64,000 bases of DNA from Tubiluchus corallicola (GCA_030141605.1 JAQGDQ010000372.1:1-64000); one strand, 5' to 3'. Shown: positions 1-35,487, counted from the stretch's first letter. Notes: generated from the sequence alone by a model not told the origin. A program made the numbers and translations.

Positions 1-216
1 TAGTGGTAGTAGTAGTAGTAGTGGTGGTGCTGGTGGTAGTAGCTGTAGCAGTAGTAGTAGTAGTGGTAGTGATAGTGGTAGTAGTAGTGATAGTAGTAGT
101 AGTAGTGATAGTGGTAGTAGTAGTGATAGTGGTAGTAGTAGTAGTAGTGGTAGTAGTAGTAGTAGTAGTAGTAGTAGTGATAGTAGTAGTAGTAGTGATA
201 GTGGTAGTAGTAGTGA

Positions 217-264
<48 letters not shown>

Positions 265-325
265 CAGTAGTAGTAGTAGTGGTAGTAGTGGTGGTGCTGG
301 TGGTAGTAGCTGTAGCAGTAGTAGT
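1..325. repeat. Imperfect (GTA)n trinucleotide microsatellite
   Basis: Run of tag/gta triplets with tgg/tga/cag variants; explains the poly-Val ORF 3..356. Confidence 0.97.
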
Positions 326-373
326 AAGGAGCATAGTTGGATTAAGGCATAAGTAGACTAACAACGTGCTTAC

Positions 374-519
374 CCACCAAGCTGGCAAAAAGTAAATTGA
401 AAACAAAAAATTATGCATGTTAAAGACCACAAAAATCTTTCACAGTTCAAAATGTGAGATAAAGGGCTACAGGAAAACGAAGCACTCTGGTCGGGTTGTT
501 TCTCATTACATAGCATCAT
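374..519 (-). CDS. Candidate first coding exon of an unidentified gene continuing left of the window (exon about 622->374)
   Basis: Acceptor cttcttgctctag at 623-625; ATG at 519 after an in-frame stop; MMLCNEKQ...FLWSLTCIIFCFQFTFCQLG has a hydrophobic end; donor GG|gtaagc at 373. No recognisable homology. Confidence 0.25.
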
Positions 520-731
520 ACATGTAGTAGGGTCTTCATTTTTATCATCATGTTTTCAGCTGTTGTCATGGCAATTTGGCAACACTGCAATCACAACATC
601 TGCACAGCCATTAACTAAGGTCCTAGAGCAAGAAGTTTCATAATCAAAGACTCATGCAGGGAGGTCATTCTAACTTCCCATTTAACACAACTCTGGTATT
701 GTTGTTCTTTTGCTGTTGGTAGGTATCATAC

Positions 732-956
732 CTTCTTTGTTGCGGGTAATTATATATATATATATATATACAATATGTATACAAGTAGTGTCACATAAGT
801 TGTATCATATAATGCGTACACTTTGAGGCGCGAAACGATTTGGCGACGCGGGGCAAAAGAGAGAGCCTGAGCACCAGCTGCTAGATGTGCTTAGGGCACC
901 AACACAGTAGGAGGGGCCTGAGTAGAAGGCTAGATGGATTACAGAATTTACTCACA
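732..956 (-). other. Candidate non-coding (5'-UTR) exon
   Basis: Acceptor tttcatgcctaacag (957-959) and donor GAAG|gtatga (731); a 109-nt intron would join it to the acceptor at 623. Confidence 0.3.
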
Positions 957-957
957 C

Positions 958-2322
958 TGTTAGGCATGAAAGTTTCAAAATCACACGTACAGTTTTAAAA
1001 TTACAATAAGATATAGATGTAGGGCTTGTAAGTCTATTGCATTGTGATGCGGGTGCAATGAATGTTAGGCATGAAAGTTTCAAAATCACACGTACAGTTT
1101 TAAAATTACAATAAGATATAGATGTAGGGCTTGTAAGTCTATTGCATTGTGATGCGGGTGCAATGAATGTTAGGCATGAAAGTTTCAAAATCACACGTAC
1201 AGTGTTAAAATTACAATAAGATATAGATGTAGGGCTTGTAAGTCTATTGCATTGTGATGCGGGTGCAATGAATGTTAGGCATGAAAGTTTCAAAATCACA
1301 CGTACAGTGTTAAAATTACAATAAGATATAGATGTAGGGCTTGTAAGTCTATTGCATTGTGATGCGGGTGCAATGAATGTTAGGCATGAAAGTTTCAAAA
1401 TCACACGTACAGTGTTAAAATTACAATAAGATATAGATGTAGAGCTTGTAAGTCTATTGCATTGTCATGCGGGTGCAATGAATGTTAGGCATGAAAGTTT
1501 CAAAATCACACGTACAGTGTTAAAATTACAATAAGATATAGATGTAGGGCTTGTAAGTCTATTGCATTGTCGTACGGGTGCAATGAATGTTAGGCATGAA
1601 AGTTTCAAAATCACACGTACAGTTTTAAAATTACAATAAGATATAGATGTAGGGCTTGTAAGTCTATTGCATTGTGATGCGGGTGCAATGAATGTTAGGC
1701 ATGAAAGTTTCAAAATCACACGTACAGTTTTAAAATTACAATAAGATATAGATGTAGGGCTTGTAAGTCTATTGCATTGTGATGCGGGTGCAATGAATGT
1801 TAGGCATGAAAGTTTCAAAATCACACGTACAGTGTTAAAATTACAATAAGATATAGATGTAGGGCTTGTAAGTCTATTGCATTGTGATGCGGGTGCAATG
1901 AATGTTAGGCATGAAAGTTTCAAAATCACACGTACAGTGTTAAAATTACAATAAGATATAGATGTAGAGCTTGTAAGTCTATTGCATTGTCATGCGGGTG
2001 CAATGAATGTTAGGCATGAAAGTTTCAAAATCACACGTACAGTGTTAAAATTACAATAAGATATAGATGTAGGGCTTGTAAGTCTATTGCATTGTCGTAC
2101 GGGTGCAATGAATGTTAGGCATGAAAGTTTCAAAATCACACGTACAGTGTTAAAATTACAATAAGATATAGATGTAGGGCTTGTAAGTCTATTGCATTGT
2201 CGTACGGGTGCAATGAATGTTAGGCATGAAAGTTTCAAAATCACACGTACAGTGTTAAAATTACAATAAGATATAGATGTAGGGCTTGTAAGTCTATTGC
2301 ATTGTCATACGGGTGCAATGAA
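958..2322. repeat. 105-bp tandem repeat, 13 near-identical copies
   Basis: Unit tgttaggcatgaaagtttc...gggtgcaatgaa recurs at 958, 1063, 1168 etc. Confidence 0.97.
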
Positions 2323-2639
2323 TCTCTGTGGCGGCTCAGTCAATTATTTACAGGTTCTCAGTAATGCACATTAGCAAAGCTTTCCTTGTATCATAAATTA
2401 ATAATGAAATTGCAACTTTAGCTTTTATCAGCTGAGGTATAGAGTAATTGTGCACAAGAGATTTTGTATTAGTTGCCAAAAGGTATTATAAAAATAAGAT
2501 AAGTCCATGGTTCGTGTGAAAAGTAGATTGTACAAATTTACTTTTACTACTATACGTTAGTATACCTATTATACTAGCATTTGTGTTGCGAATAATTTAA
2601 CGATGTGAGTTGTTTAATGTTGATTTGAAGTTCCTGAAC

Positions 2640-2755
2640 TCACTAGGCCGCCCCGGAATAGTTGTAAGAATTACGGCTGTCAAGCACCGCCAGTGATTGG
2701 AATCGAACCCGCCGGCAGATTCCACTCGTGTGCCACGCCTCCTACTGGCCATTGA
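2640..2755 (-). mobile_element. tRNA-derived SINE head (degenerate)
   Basis: Minus strand has box A-like TGGCCAGTAGG and box B GGTTCGATTCC about 30 nt apart; no full cloverleaf. Confidence 0.5.
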
Positions 2756-3117
2756 AAAATCAAATGTAATCGGATTTGTTGTTCATATTGAATAAAATTC
2801 ATCATCGGCTCTTAGGCCCTTGCAATCCTTTTTCATGGCAGCATGCATAGAAATTCTAGCCTGAAGGTATAATATTATTTTCGAAATTTCACTTTTTAGT
2901 TTTTAATCAAATGAACCGGTTTTAGTAATCCAAGTTGCCTTCGCGCGCAGCACGTGCGTACTACTAACACTAAAATTTCCTCGCTTTACATAATGCACCG
3001 TCAGGGCTTCGACCTTCTAAATTGTAGGCCTATCTTATCTTAGTTATCTACGAGAGAAATAGGATAGGCCTCAGCTGAATTCGTTGGGGAGACTGACAAG
3101 AGTTTAATAATTAAAAT

Positions 3118-3745
3118 CAATATCCAATATCAGTGCATCATACGCGCATGAGAATCGGATTTTCTCAGCTAAACTATGACCTTTTCTCTAAAGGCTGTAA
3201 AGATAATAACGGTCATCCAATATTGCCGAATTGTAACTGTGGATTTCGATTTGAGTCTGTTGAACACTTTTTGTTGCACTGCACATTGTATCAACTAGCT
3301 AGGGTTGTTATGTTTGATAAATTAAATGCAATACTTCTGCCCGAAAACCTTAATATAGCTGCCTTAGGAACTAACGATCTGTTGAAGTTGTTATTATTCG
3401 GTAAAGATGAATTTAACTATGTTACTAACTGTAAAATATTCCAATGTATACATGACTTTATATTATGTACTAAATGTTTCCAGTACTTTCTATCTGATAT
3501 AAAATGCATCATTCTTAAATAATCATACATCAATATTTATTAACCGTCATTTTTTACTAATGTCTAATGTATCACTGTAGTAAAACTTTAGTATACTAAA
3601 GTATACTAAAAACTAAGTATAGCCTATTCTTACTGTAAATGTTCTTGTAAATAGCGTATAAAGTCTGTTGTGGTGAGGATCTTAAATCATGTTGTACAAA
3701 CTGTCTGATCCAATCCTAAATAAACTATGTTTAAACTAAACTAAC
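3118..3745 (+). mobile_element. 5'-truncated CR1/L2-group LINE: ORF2 C-terminus plus 3'UTR
   Basis: ORF 3133..3522 with CNCG...ESVEHFLLHC zinc-knuckle-like motif and LLLFG; aataaa plus (aaact)n tail; 13-bp TSD taataattaaaat at 3105-3117 and 3746-3758. Confidence 0.85.
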
Positions 3746-4363
3746 TAATAATTAAAATATGTGCATGACCACATAACAAGGAATTTATTCAAAGCGTAAA
3801 TCCCCCAGCTTTCGCCTGATTACCATATAAGCGCTAGTGGCTATGAATGCACAGTTGCACACGCGATACAACGCAATTAAATATTTTGAAGCAAGGCGTA
3901 TCTTTTGGTAATCATTACCAATTTGACGAACAGGTTTATTTCAAATGGCGTTCCAAAAAAATTTTTATGATCAAAAACTGTAATTGCAACATTGCTTTCA
4001 TATCGCGAAGAATATACGGGAGGCGTTCCCCTCGGAACTGAAAAGAAACGTGGAAATTTTACACATTATAATTGCTTTACATTGATTATTTATACATAAT
4101 TAACTGTTTCTTAATAAAATTGACAAAAAATTGAGATTGACAAACTCAAGTCTCGCCTTTCCGTGCTGTATCAGATTATCTGTAAAGAAAGACTAAAGCC
4201 GAACGTTTTAATTAATCAGGATAGCAATTTTTGAAGCAGGGTACCTGCAAGTACTGTATTTCAGTGCAGCTGGCAGATTATAGTACACAAGTGAAAAACT
4301 ATTAATTTCTAATAAATGAGAAATTGTTTGAATCATTTGACGCGGTCACAGTCCTCGAAAAAT

Positions 4364-4482
4364 TAAACACGTTAATAATGGCCTATTAAACACGTTAATA
4401 AAGGCCTACTAAACACGTTAATAAAGGCCTACTAAACACGTTAATAAAGGCCTACTAAACACGTTAATAAAGGCCTACTAAA
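4364..4482. repeat. 23-bp tandem repeat, 5 copies
   Basis: Unit taaacacgttaataaaggcctac. Confidence 0.95.
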
Positions 4483-5126
4483 TATTGAACATATAAATAT
4501 ATAAAAAGGCGGGCTAACCAACTGCGTGTACACATGCAGTCGATGGACCATGGACCTCGATATACTATCAAACCTTTGCGTAGTCTGCCTTGTTTCACTA
4601 TTCTGTTTTTATATTACGTTATTATACCGATCAATTCATTTCCTTTCATTTCACACGATAATTCCATATTATATAAACGTATTTTAGGTCTAATATAGGC
4701 AATATAGATTAATCCTCATTCAGACCTCAATATATAGACAAATACGGCCATACTTATCAGTATATCCATACCCATGTTGTACAGTCAGTAACGCGTTGCC
4801 ATAGAGCTGGACGCAATTACCGATGGGAATTGTAATAGTAATCAATAGCGAAATTTTCCTTCAACTATATAGTAATTACCGATATACACGTATGTTAAAC
4901 ACTAATACGGTACATGACTGACAAGTATTACATCTCTTACTTTTTCTCGAATATTAGCCTACTTCTTATCTAATTTTCATAACTGCGTTGATGCACTGTG
5001 ATTGAAAGGGTTAAACTTCTGAAAACTGCAAATTAATAAAGTCGTAAAATCTTCGCTGATTTTCGTGCACCAGTAAGCCAAGCCATTATACAAAATCATA
5101 CATATGGTATTGCTAACGTAACTTAC

Positions 5127-5400
5127 CGTTTTCATAAACACAGAGAATTACTACAGTTATTACTAACACGTTATGAGCTCTTCAAGGCATAGCGACCACG
5201 AACTAAAAACACACAACATAATATTACTTCTTCCAGTTGATGTACACCACACTTTTACACAAGTGATTCGCTCATAAATATGGGAATTATGTCAAGCGCT
5301 ACTGTATTTGCACACAAACTGAAATCATGAGTGTTTTCGATTGAAAAAGTCGCGTTATGATTTATCAACTCACGCTTGAGGAAGAGCGCCCCGCTGTAGT
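5127..5400 (-). other. Candidate non-coding first exon of the left-hand gene
   Basis: Donor ACG|gtaagt at 5121-5126; CpG-richer promoter-like sequence around 5330-5500; 5' end uncertain. Confidence 0.3.
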
Positions 5401-5639
5401 TAGCAAATCAGTGCAAATATCAGACAGCATGCGCGCCAGAGCAAAATCCATACCTATGTGATCATCGATCCACCTTTGAACATTACCGCGTACTCACACA
5501 AGCAAGAGGTATAAAATAGTATGACGTTATTAGTAAAGTACGAGGAGGATGTAAACAACTATTGCGCTGAAATACTGGAATTCTTTAAGTCAAAGCTTCT
5601 GTACTGTTTCTACCGTGCTACTATTTAAGAATCACTTAA

Positions 5640-6012
5640 AGGACAAGAAAAGAGGTACCTGAAGTAGGTTTCAGAAAAATTGCCTTAAAAAATTATATTA
5701 CTTTATAGCAATTTTATGCGTATATCTTACTCGCACTGAAAGGAATTTTAGTTTGTTCTCATTTTAAATCTCCCTCAATATTGTTCCGATGTCGCCATTA
5801 CATGACGTCATGTACCAAACGTAAATCAAGGGAAGAAAAGGCAATGTTAAATTATATCTCAAAAGACTTTCCGTGCAAATCTATATTACTTATATTTTCG
5901 CTTACCTGCTAGAGAGATTTATGTAACTACAAAAGAAAATTATTAATTATCTAAAATGTTCTCACCAATTGGTAGAATGTCGCTTTAGATTTATGAAGGG
6001 TTTTCTTGTGCT
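5640..6012 (+). mobile_element. Kolobok-like non-autonomous DNA transposon, copy 1
   Basis: TTAA on both sides; termini AGGACAAGAAAA...TTTTCTTGTGCT; homologous to 19854-20873. Confidence 0.7.
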
Positions 6013-6843
6013 TTAAAGACACATCACTTTAAAAATTATGACAATGAATTCCGACTATTGTAAACTTCAATAACGACCTGTATTTTACTCTGATTTCTTT
6101 CAATGTAGAAATTTTTAATAATTTTATTTGTATTTTATTTCAGCAATTCTGTAATTGTAATTTTGACATTTTAGTGTACAGCATTAAAGGCGTGCTTTGT
6201 AAAATAAATATTATTATTATTATTATCAATAATAATAATAACTGGTCACTTTTCATTCGCTTATTAGTTTTGTTTCCTAACTATCGATGTTTTGTTTTGT
6301 CAGAAATGTGGAATCTTCCAATTATCTTTTTGGTGACCGTCTAGCAGTTTGGGAAATGATCTTTGCGAAGTGTACAATGATCGGGCTAACGCTTTCACCC
6401 CCCCCCCCAAATGGACCAAACTCTTGCGAACTTGAATAAAAAAGTGACAAAGATGAACAGAATCAACGAAAAGGGCGCCAGAAAAAAATTGACATTTAAA
6501 AGTAAAAAAACTGAGTTAAAATAAGTTGGCTAGGAACGTAAAGAATGCGTTAAAGGATGAAAATAAGCGAAATTATGAGAATAAGACCGAAGATGACACA
6601 AGAACTTTTGTAAAGAGGATTCATTACCACCTTTGCGTCATTTAGCAGATGATTCGACCGAGTATCATTTTGACTGCAGGACGAATCCGCAAGCAGATAC
6701 GGTTATAAGCGAAAACTGGGAAACATTGAAAAAGATTTGTGATTCTATTGGAAACTATATAAATTTGAAAAAAAAACGTTGTTGTAGGAACTGAAAAGTG
6801 TGGCTAAAACTACGTTTAAGGAAACACTGCCATCATATATGGG

Positions 6844-7331
6844 CAGGGTGCATAAGATTATGGATATGTATAAAATAAGTAAAATAGCTTATTTTATGAA
6901 TTTTTGAAATTTTATTTTATGGATATCAATAAAATAAGAAATAGACTATATCTGGAACGAGATGCCCATGGGGAAATCCGTTAAAAAGTAAAAACAGGAG
7001 TGCTTGAAACATGTTTTTAAAGACGCAGGACTTAGTTTTAATTTTATCGGTTTCATATCACTTCAGATTTAATCAAATTTTACGAGACAATGCCTTGTAA
7101 TTCATCACTTCAGTTCAAATAATTCGTCTATTTGGTACGAATGTAGAACGCCCTCTAGGCTGAAGTTTCCGATCCAATGCCTGTATTCAGTTTTGATTGC
7201 CTTATTTTGTACAAAAAATCACAAAAAAAATGTTTTTTATTTTATGCATTTCTTATTTTATGGATTTTTCAAATTTTATTTCATGAATTTTTGGTCTTAT
7301 GTTATTGATATCCATAATGTTATGCAGCCTG
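6844..7331. mobile_element. hAT-type MITE
   Basis: TIR cagggtgcataa/ttatgcagcctg with long subterminal inverted repeats; 8-bp TSD tatatggg at 6836-6843 and 7332-7339. Confidence 0.85.
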
Positions 7332-7784
7332 TATATGGGCCTATCTTTATTCTGGGGTCTCCTTTTGGGTAGAGTGGATTCACATTCACAGTAACGTGTT
7401 CTTATTGCCGTTTTACAATGAGTGCTTCTGTAGTTTTCACGTTCAGCCTACTACTAGGGCGTAGTATTCTGTACTTTGTTTGGCCTCTGCCTGATTGGAT
7501 AAACAAAATATGCGCGTATATTTGAATACCAGATTAATATTTCACAACTAATTTGCATGTTATGAGTCAAACACGTAGTTAGAAACAAAATACACCAATC
7601 GTATTATTAATAATGGTTCGCAAATCATTCTTTAGTAGTATTTACTGTTCACTTTTACTATCGCAATATAATAGTAATAATAATCTTTATTTAAAGTCGG
7701 CTTTTGGGTCAACAGTTAACAGTAGCTCAAAGAGCTATGATCGCCGACTGTAAATAACAACCTACAACTACATAACAGAGACTA

Positions 7785-7905
7785 TTATTACCCCACCTTT
7801 ACCCTAAATACCACGCGTCAGGCAGGGCAACAGCACGTACCATTTTTAAAGTCTTTGGTATGACCCGGCCGCTGGTTCGAACTCACGACCTCCCAGACGG
7901 AAAGC
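7785..7905 (-). mobile_element. tRNA-derived SINE fragment with conserved central domain (MetaSINE-like)
   Basis: Box B gagttcgaacc followed by gggtcataccaaagactttaaaaatggtac...gccctgcctgacgc; domain name is from recall. Confidence 0.65.
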
Positions 7906-8219
7906 TTATAGTTTGAAAACTTCGGCCTGCCCTGCGAAACGGTAATTGAAGAACGTGTCTGGCAATAAAAATTATAAGCAATGTCTCGATGAACTGTAAT
8001 TAGTCTGTTTCACGATTATATAGGCCCTAACTGACGTCTAGGACAAAAGCTATTCATTTCATTCGATGTCGAACTTTATTTTCTCCTGAGCTCCCTCTTA
8101 TTTGTGGAACTCAATACCAGAAAATTGTTTTTCTACGACCTCAAGTGCTCGAATAGAAAGCTAAGCTAAGACAAAGACAGCATTTATTTCTGTCGTGCGT
8201 ATAACGGACAACGTTAGCA

Positions 8220-8690
8220 TTATATATATTCTTTATTTGCTATAAAAATCGATATTCATAACTATAAAAGCATAAAAGAACATCGCAGCATGAGAATAAA
8301 ATTCACACAACTGTTAAAGGCAAATGCGTCCAGTGCACACTAAAAACTACTGCGCCAAAAATTTAAAACAAAATATACATTCTAATATTACACGGAAATT
8401 ATAATAGACTATATACAATATATACATATAATTTAAAATGGACGTGGGTAAATAAAATTTGCGGATGAATATATATTATCGTTTACGTATGTAGGGTTTT
8501 CAAAACGATTTAATGTATGTATTTTTAATTTTGATTTGAATTCGTCGAAAGACTTGATTTGTTTTAAATTTGATGGCAGGGTATTCCAAAGTTGAACTCC
8601 TTGTTTAGTGATAGAATTGTTGCCGTATTTGTTATTAGTGTGTATTTGTTTAGTATTGTGTGTTCTTGGATTTAATGTTGGCTCCAAAAG
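8220..8690 (-). mobile_element. LINE 3' fragment (CR1/L2 group ORF2 C-terminus plus 3'UTR)
   Basis: ORF 8433..8687 GVQLWNTLPSNLKQIKSFDEFKSKLK; 3'UTR motif shared with 32575-32945. Confidence 0.8.
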
Positions 8691-8857
8691 GCTATTTAGC
8701 GGATTAAACTAGAACTATAAGAGCAGAATACACAAACAACGAACCTGGCGTTGATAATCACTAGACTCGAGCTAAAACTGCATGGTTCATATCCAAAACC
8801 TAGGCCACACAACCACCCAATCCAGGTAAAATTTGGTGTGTCAACGTATTAATTATT

Positions 8858-9308
8858 AGTCAAAATGCATTTAACTCCTGTTGTTGATTAATAACATTAT
8901 TAACCCAAAGTGTTTTTATCATTTCATAACAATTTTGACCTGTATTTCACATAAAATCTAAATGCAATTTTTAGTTTAATCAAGATTAACCTTATTTTGT
9001 TGCCCGCTAATTAAACTACATGCATATTCTTTTCTCTGGATTATATAGAAAATGTCATAATTTTAAAAATTATTAATGTTTCCTAAATTAAACTGATAAC
9101 ATTAATGCCCACCAGTGTCTAAAAATCATTTTATCTATATTCGGTAAAGGACAGCAAACTAGGTGACTTTATAGTCTTTTCGCTATCCTTTCTCTAGTTC
9201 TAGCTCTATCTATTCATTTTAACCATTTTTCAAAACTTATTAGAGATTCTTTTATTAATCATGTTTTATTGTAGTATTATAAAGAGATAAATAAATTGAA
9301 ATTGAATT
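8858..9308 (+). mobile_element. Interspersed ~450-bp repeat (LINE 3'UTR/SINE-like), copy 1
   Basis: Near-identical to 48846-49308 and to the reverse complement of 41320-41750; ends aataaa plus (aattg)n tail. Confidence 0.85.
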
Positions 9309-10019
9309 AGTGTGCCAAGTCTTGAAATCGCTCGTATAAACCTCACCATTGTCTCGAGACACTGTCATTTCTTTATTAATAAATTCATTCCATAATTACA
9401 CCAATGATTTAAAATCATTTCTTATTTTGCAAAGCAGAAAAATAGCAACTATCTTTGAAATATTTTGTTATTCTGTGTTGTAATTTTGCCCTAGTGTTGT
9501 AGTTAAATGTTTCGTGTTGCAGATTCAATCAAGAACGCTACGGTAAGTCTATGCCCTCTTTTTCGTTTGTGGTACTCTTTATCGTATTGTGGTGCCATCA
9601 AGTGGATAACATCTTAACAAAATGACATTAATTTCAGGCAAAAAGCGAACAATAAGTCGCGCATATAATTAAAACATTTATTTACAATTATGAGTTGGAT
9701 ATGCATATTTAGTACGCGCTCTTACTAGTCAAACTGCACAATTTTTATATGTACATGCCCTATATAATTGCCTACACTACGCAGGTTCTTGACTCTACAT
9801 TAATTGAGACGCACAAACTACCACAAGATCCACCTTTCCTTTTCGTTCAATAAATTTAAAAAATTTTACACTAAATAATTTTATACTGAACTGAAGAGTT
9901 GTTGACAATCAATCTATTGCAAGGTAGTAATACCACAATCCTGGTACAGATTATGCAAAACAAGGCATCATTGATAAATGCTTAGAGCTGATGTCAACAT
10001 AGCACAATCTATTATCTTT

Positions 10020-10315
10020 CTTCCTACCATTTCCACTAGCACCTCCTTCTACCCTTCCTATGTGATCTAACCTTTCTCCCAGTTCTTTTTTTGTTCACTC
10101 ATCCATTCTTTTTTATCGGGTTCACATGACAGTGGGCTTATACAAGCCTTTGCTTCTCTAGCCCACTGCAGTACATTTTTTCTTTTATGATAACGATAGT
10201 GTATGAAACATAACAATTTAATACAGCATGATGTAATAATTTTGATGTCACTGTGTGATTAATGTCATTATATTGTACTGAATATGATAATAATAATGAA
10301 CTAAAAAAAACTAAC
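10020..10315 (+). mobile_element. Probable LINE 3'UTR remnant
   Basis: Pyrimidine-rich tract, stem-loop cagtgggct...agcccactg, A-rich (aact) tail. Confidence 0.45.
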
Positions 10316-11103
10316 CAGAGGTAGGGGAAAGCAATAACAAAAGCAAAGCCATGTTTAAATAAGCCAACACTAACAAAAATAAGAATCAGTGACTTGTATG
10401 AGTTATATTATCATAATTATAATACAGGCAGTACAATTTCATTTGTCACAGTTCTTTAACTATTGTTATTATTAATATTAAAAAGGCTCTAGCTGATGTT
10501 TCTTCTTTCTCTCAACAGATGGCACCAAACGTTTTATGTAAGAGAAAAAAGCATTTCCTCACACTAGTATCTCCAACCAGGCATCTACAAACAACTGAAG
10601 CCAGAGCAACTTTAACTTCAGCATATAATTCACCGATTACCATCTATGGTGACTATCTATAGTATAATTACAATGAGCCACAATCAAGCCATCCGGATAT
10701 TATTTAATTTAGCTTGACATACATAAATAAAATAGTACAATGTGTAGAAATGTACCTCGGATTTCACCGAAGGCTGTCAAACATGACAAATGCATAAAAC
10801 ATGGCAATGGTGGCATACTTGTCAAAACAAACAGTCATTATACAAACATGCTGCAAGCTATTATTTGAACTGCTTAAATAATTTATAGAAGCTAATCAAT
10901 GAATTACTGACGTACTCATAGAGGCTGAATAGCTCTAATAGTATTACATAATACAAAAATTAATGACATTGTGAAATGCAAGTAACAACATGTAATGAAG
11001 CCATCCTTATTTGCTACCATTTGAGATCACACTAAATTAATCTTAAAACGACTCGACGAAATTTAAAGAATTAAATTCATATGGTTTGCCTAACTGCCAA
11101 ATT

Positions 11104-11373
11104 AGTCGGGTCTGTCCCAAGGCTATACCGTCTCGGGTTTTATACCCCTTGGGATCCAACCATGGCGGACAGGCTTGCTGCCGGCGGTGAAAGGCCACGT
11201 CCCGGGTAACAGAGGGAGCTCTGGTACCCCGTGGGCGTGATGGTCTCATCCCCGAGGAGGCAGCCCACGCAGACTTACCAGCCAGCTAACAACTCGCCCT
11301 GGTGCTATATTTTGTTTTCGAAACCAGCAAAAGTACAAACCCGACCGGATTATCAGGACTTGACCCTGGTACG
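11104..11373. mobile_element. 270-bp GC-rich, structured insertion resembling a non-LTR (RTE-like) 5'UTR
   Basis: 12-bp TSD aactgccaaatt at 11092-11103 and 11374-11385; several internal hairpins. Confidence 0.65.
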
Positions 11374-12039
11374 AACTGCCAAATTTGCCATCACAGAGTA
11401 ATATGCAGTTGGGCAAGGATAATAGTATAACACAGCAACATAGAGTGTCACTTTATGGCTTAAATATTTTCTATGATACTTTTAACAACATGTTCCAAAA
11501 ATAAACGAACTAATCTTAAGATAAGCTAGCAGCGCTCTTACTGAAAATCTTGGATTAGAAGAAAATGAAGTCCTTAGTGTGTTTAGTTGGGTAGCAAAAG
11601 ACAAAACGCTACCACATTGTTATCGGCTCAAAATCCCAACATACATCAGTAACTCCAAAAAATGATTATTATTAAACATGTTCACAGTATAACATGATTT
11701 ATTTTTACTAACAAAATGTGGATTATGAACCATTGAATTTTCAAAATCAAAATGCAAATAGAACTTGCTTTATCTTTTAAACCATTATCGACCATTAAAA
11801 CGGCTTCGTCTACTAGTTAGCATTGTTGGTTTAAGTTGTGTAAAACAATCATGCTAAATTCTGCATACACAAAGATATAAACCAACAATTTCAAGGCAGA
11901 TCAGTACATTTTTTCTTTATGTTTAACACAAGTAGAACTGAAACAAATTATCTAATTTTATCTTGTCTAAATGATTCAGGCGCAATTATAGTTCATGAAA
12001 TTGTTATAAAATAACGACAACGACAAGTTCCTGTAATTC

Positions 12040-12200
12040 CGGTGGCGTGTGAACGACGCTTGCGGTGGCGTGTGAACGACGCTTGCGGTGGCGTGTGAAC
12101 GACGCTTGCGGTGGCGTGTGAACGACGCTTGCGGTGGCGTGTGAACGACGCTTGCGGTGGCGTGTGAACGCCGCTTGCGGTGGCGTGTGAACGACGCTTG
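12040..12200. repeat. 23-bp CpG-rich tandem repeat, 7 copies (probably in Ral 3'UTR)
   Basis: Unit cggtggcgtgtgaacgacgcttg. Confidence 0.95.
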
Positions 12201-12380
12201 TGGCAAGAAAAATCTATGCAAAAAATACTTATAATGGAAGCACAATCCAAGAGCAGAATTTGCCAGTGGTAGATTAACTAATGTTGAGAGTAGGCTGATT
12301 GCTGAATTCTATAAAAATAACATTAATCAACATAGAAACAATTGAACAGGGAAAAATTGAATGCACTCATTTGTGCAAAT

Positions 12381-12583
12381 GCACAGTGTCACACACACGA
12401 ACACACGTGCACATGCACAGTCACACACACGAACACACGTGCACACGCACAGTGTCACACACACGAACACATGTGCACACGCACAGTGTCACACACACGA
12501 ACACACGTGCACATGCACAGTGTCACACACACGAACACACGTGCACACGCACAGTGTCACACACACGAACACACGTGCACACG
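12381..12583. repeat. 34-bp CA-rich tandem repeat, 6 copies (probably in Ral 3'UTR)
   Basis: Unit gcacagtgtcacacacacgaacacacgtgcacay. Confidence 0.93.
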
Positions 12584-13053
12584 CTAGTTATGAGTAACAG
12601 TGTTATTTCTTATACATAAATGCACTTTAACTTCAATCTTATTTTTACTAATTTAGAAATACCACAAACATGCGTCACACATACAGTAAAGGAGTTTGGT
12701 CGTTTAAATAAAGAACTACAATAACACTAGGAATCATTGACTCAAACATATGAACACATAGTGCTTTAAAGAATGTCATTGGTTTGAATGACAAATAGCA
12801 ATATGCAATATCTTCTATTTTCAATAATATCCGACAACAGTAAATACACTGAAGACACGGAACTCAACAGATTTACTGTAACAAGAAACATTGTTTTCAT
12901 CTACACAGTGCAAAATGTTCTGGTAGCTTGAACATTAATAACATATTTTACAGGAACACTGATGTCTTAGAAAAAAACCCTTAATATTAATAATAATTAT
13001 TATTATTTAAATAGCTAGAACATATAAAAGTGGAGCTACGCTTTTGCGGTAAC

Positions 13054-35487
<22,434 letters not shown>

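Noticed and set aside
374-381. 8-nt microexon (tttttgccag|cttggtgg|gtaagc)
   Set aside because: Cannot be distinguished from the end of the larger candidate exon 622-374
952-2244. Repetitive Cys-rich ORFs (35-aa unit) as a protein gene
   Set aside because: Product of a 105-bp unit divisible by 3; interrupted by stops and without an ATG start
958-2322. Arrays here and at 17724, 24281, 46011 and 60869 as CRISPR arrays
   Set aside because: Head-to-tail units with no unique spacers, no cas genes, eukaryotic intronic context
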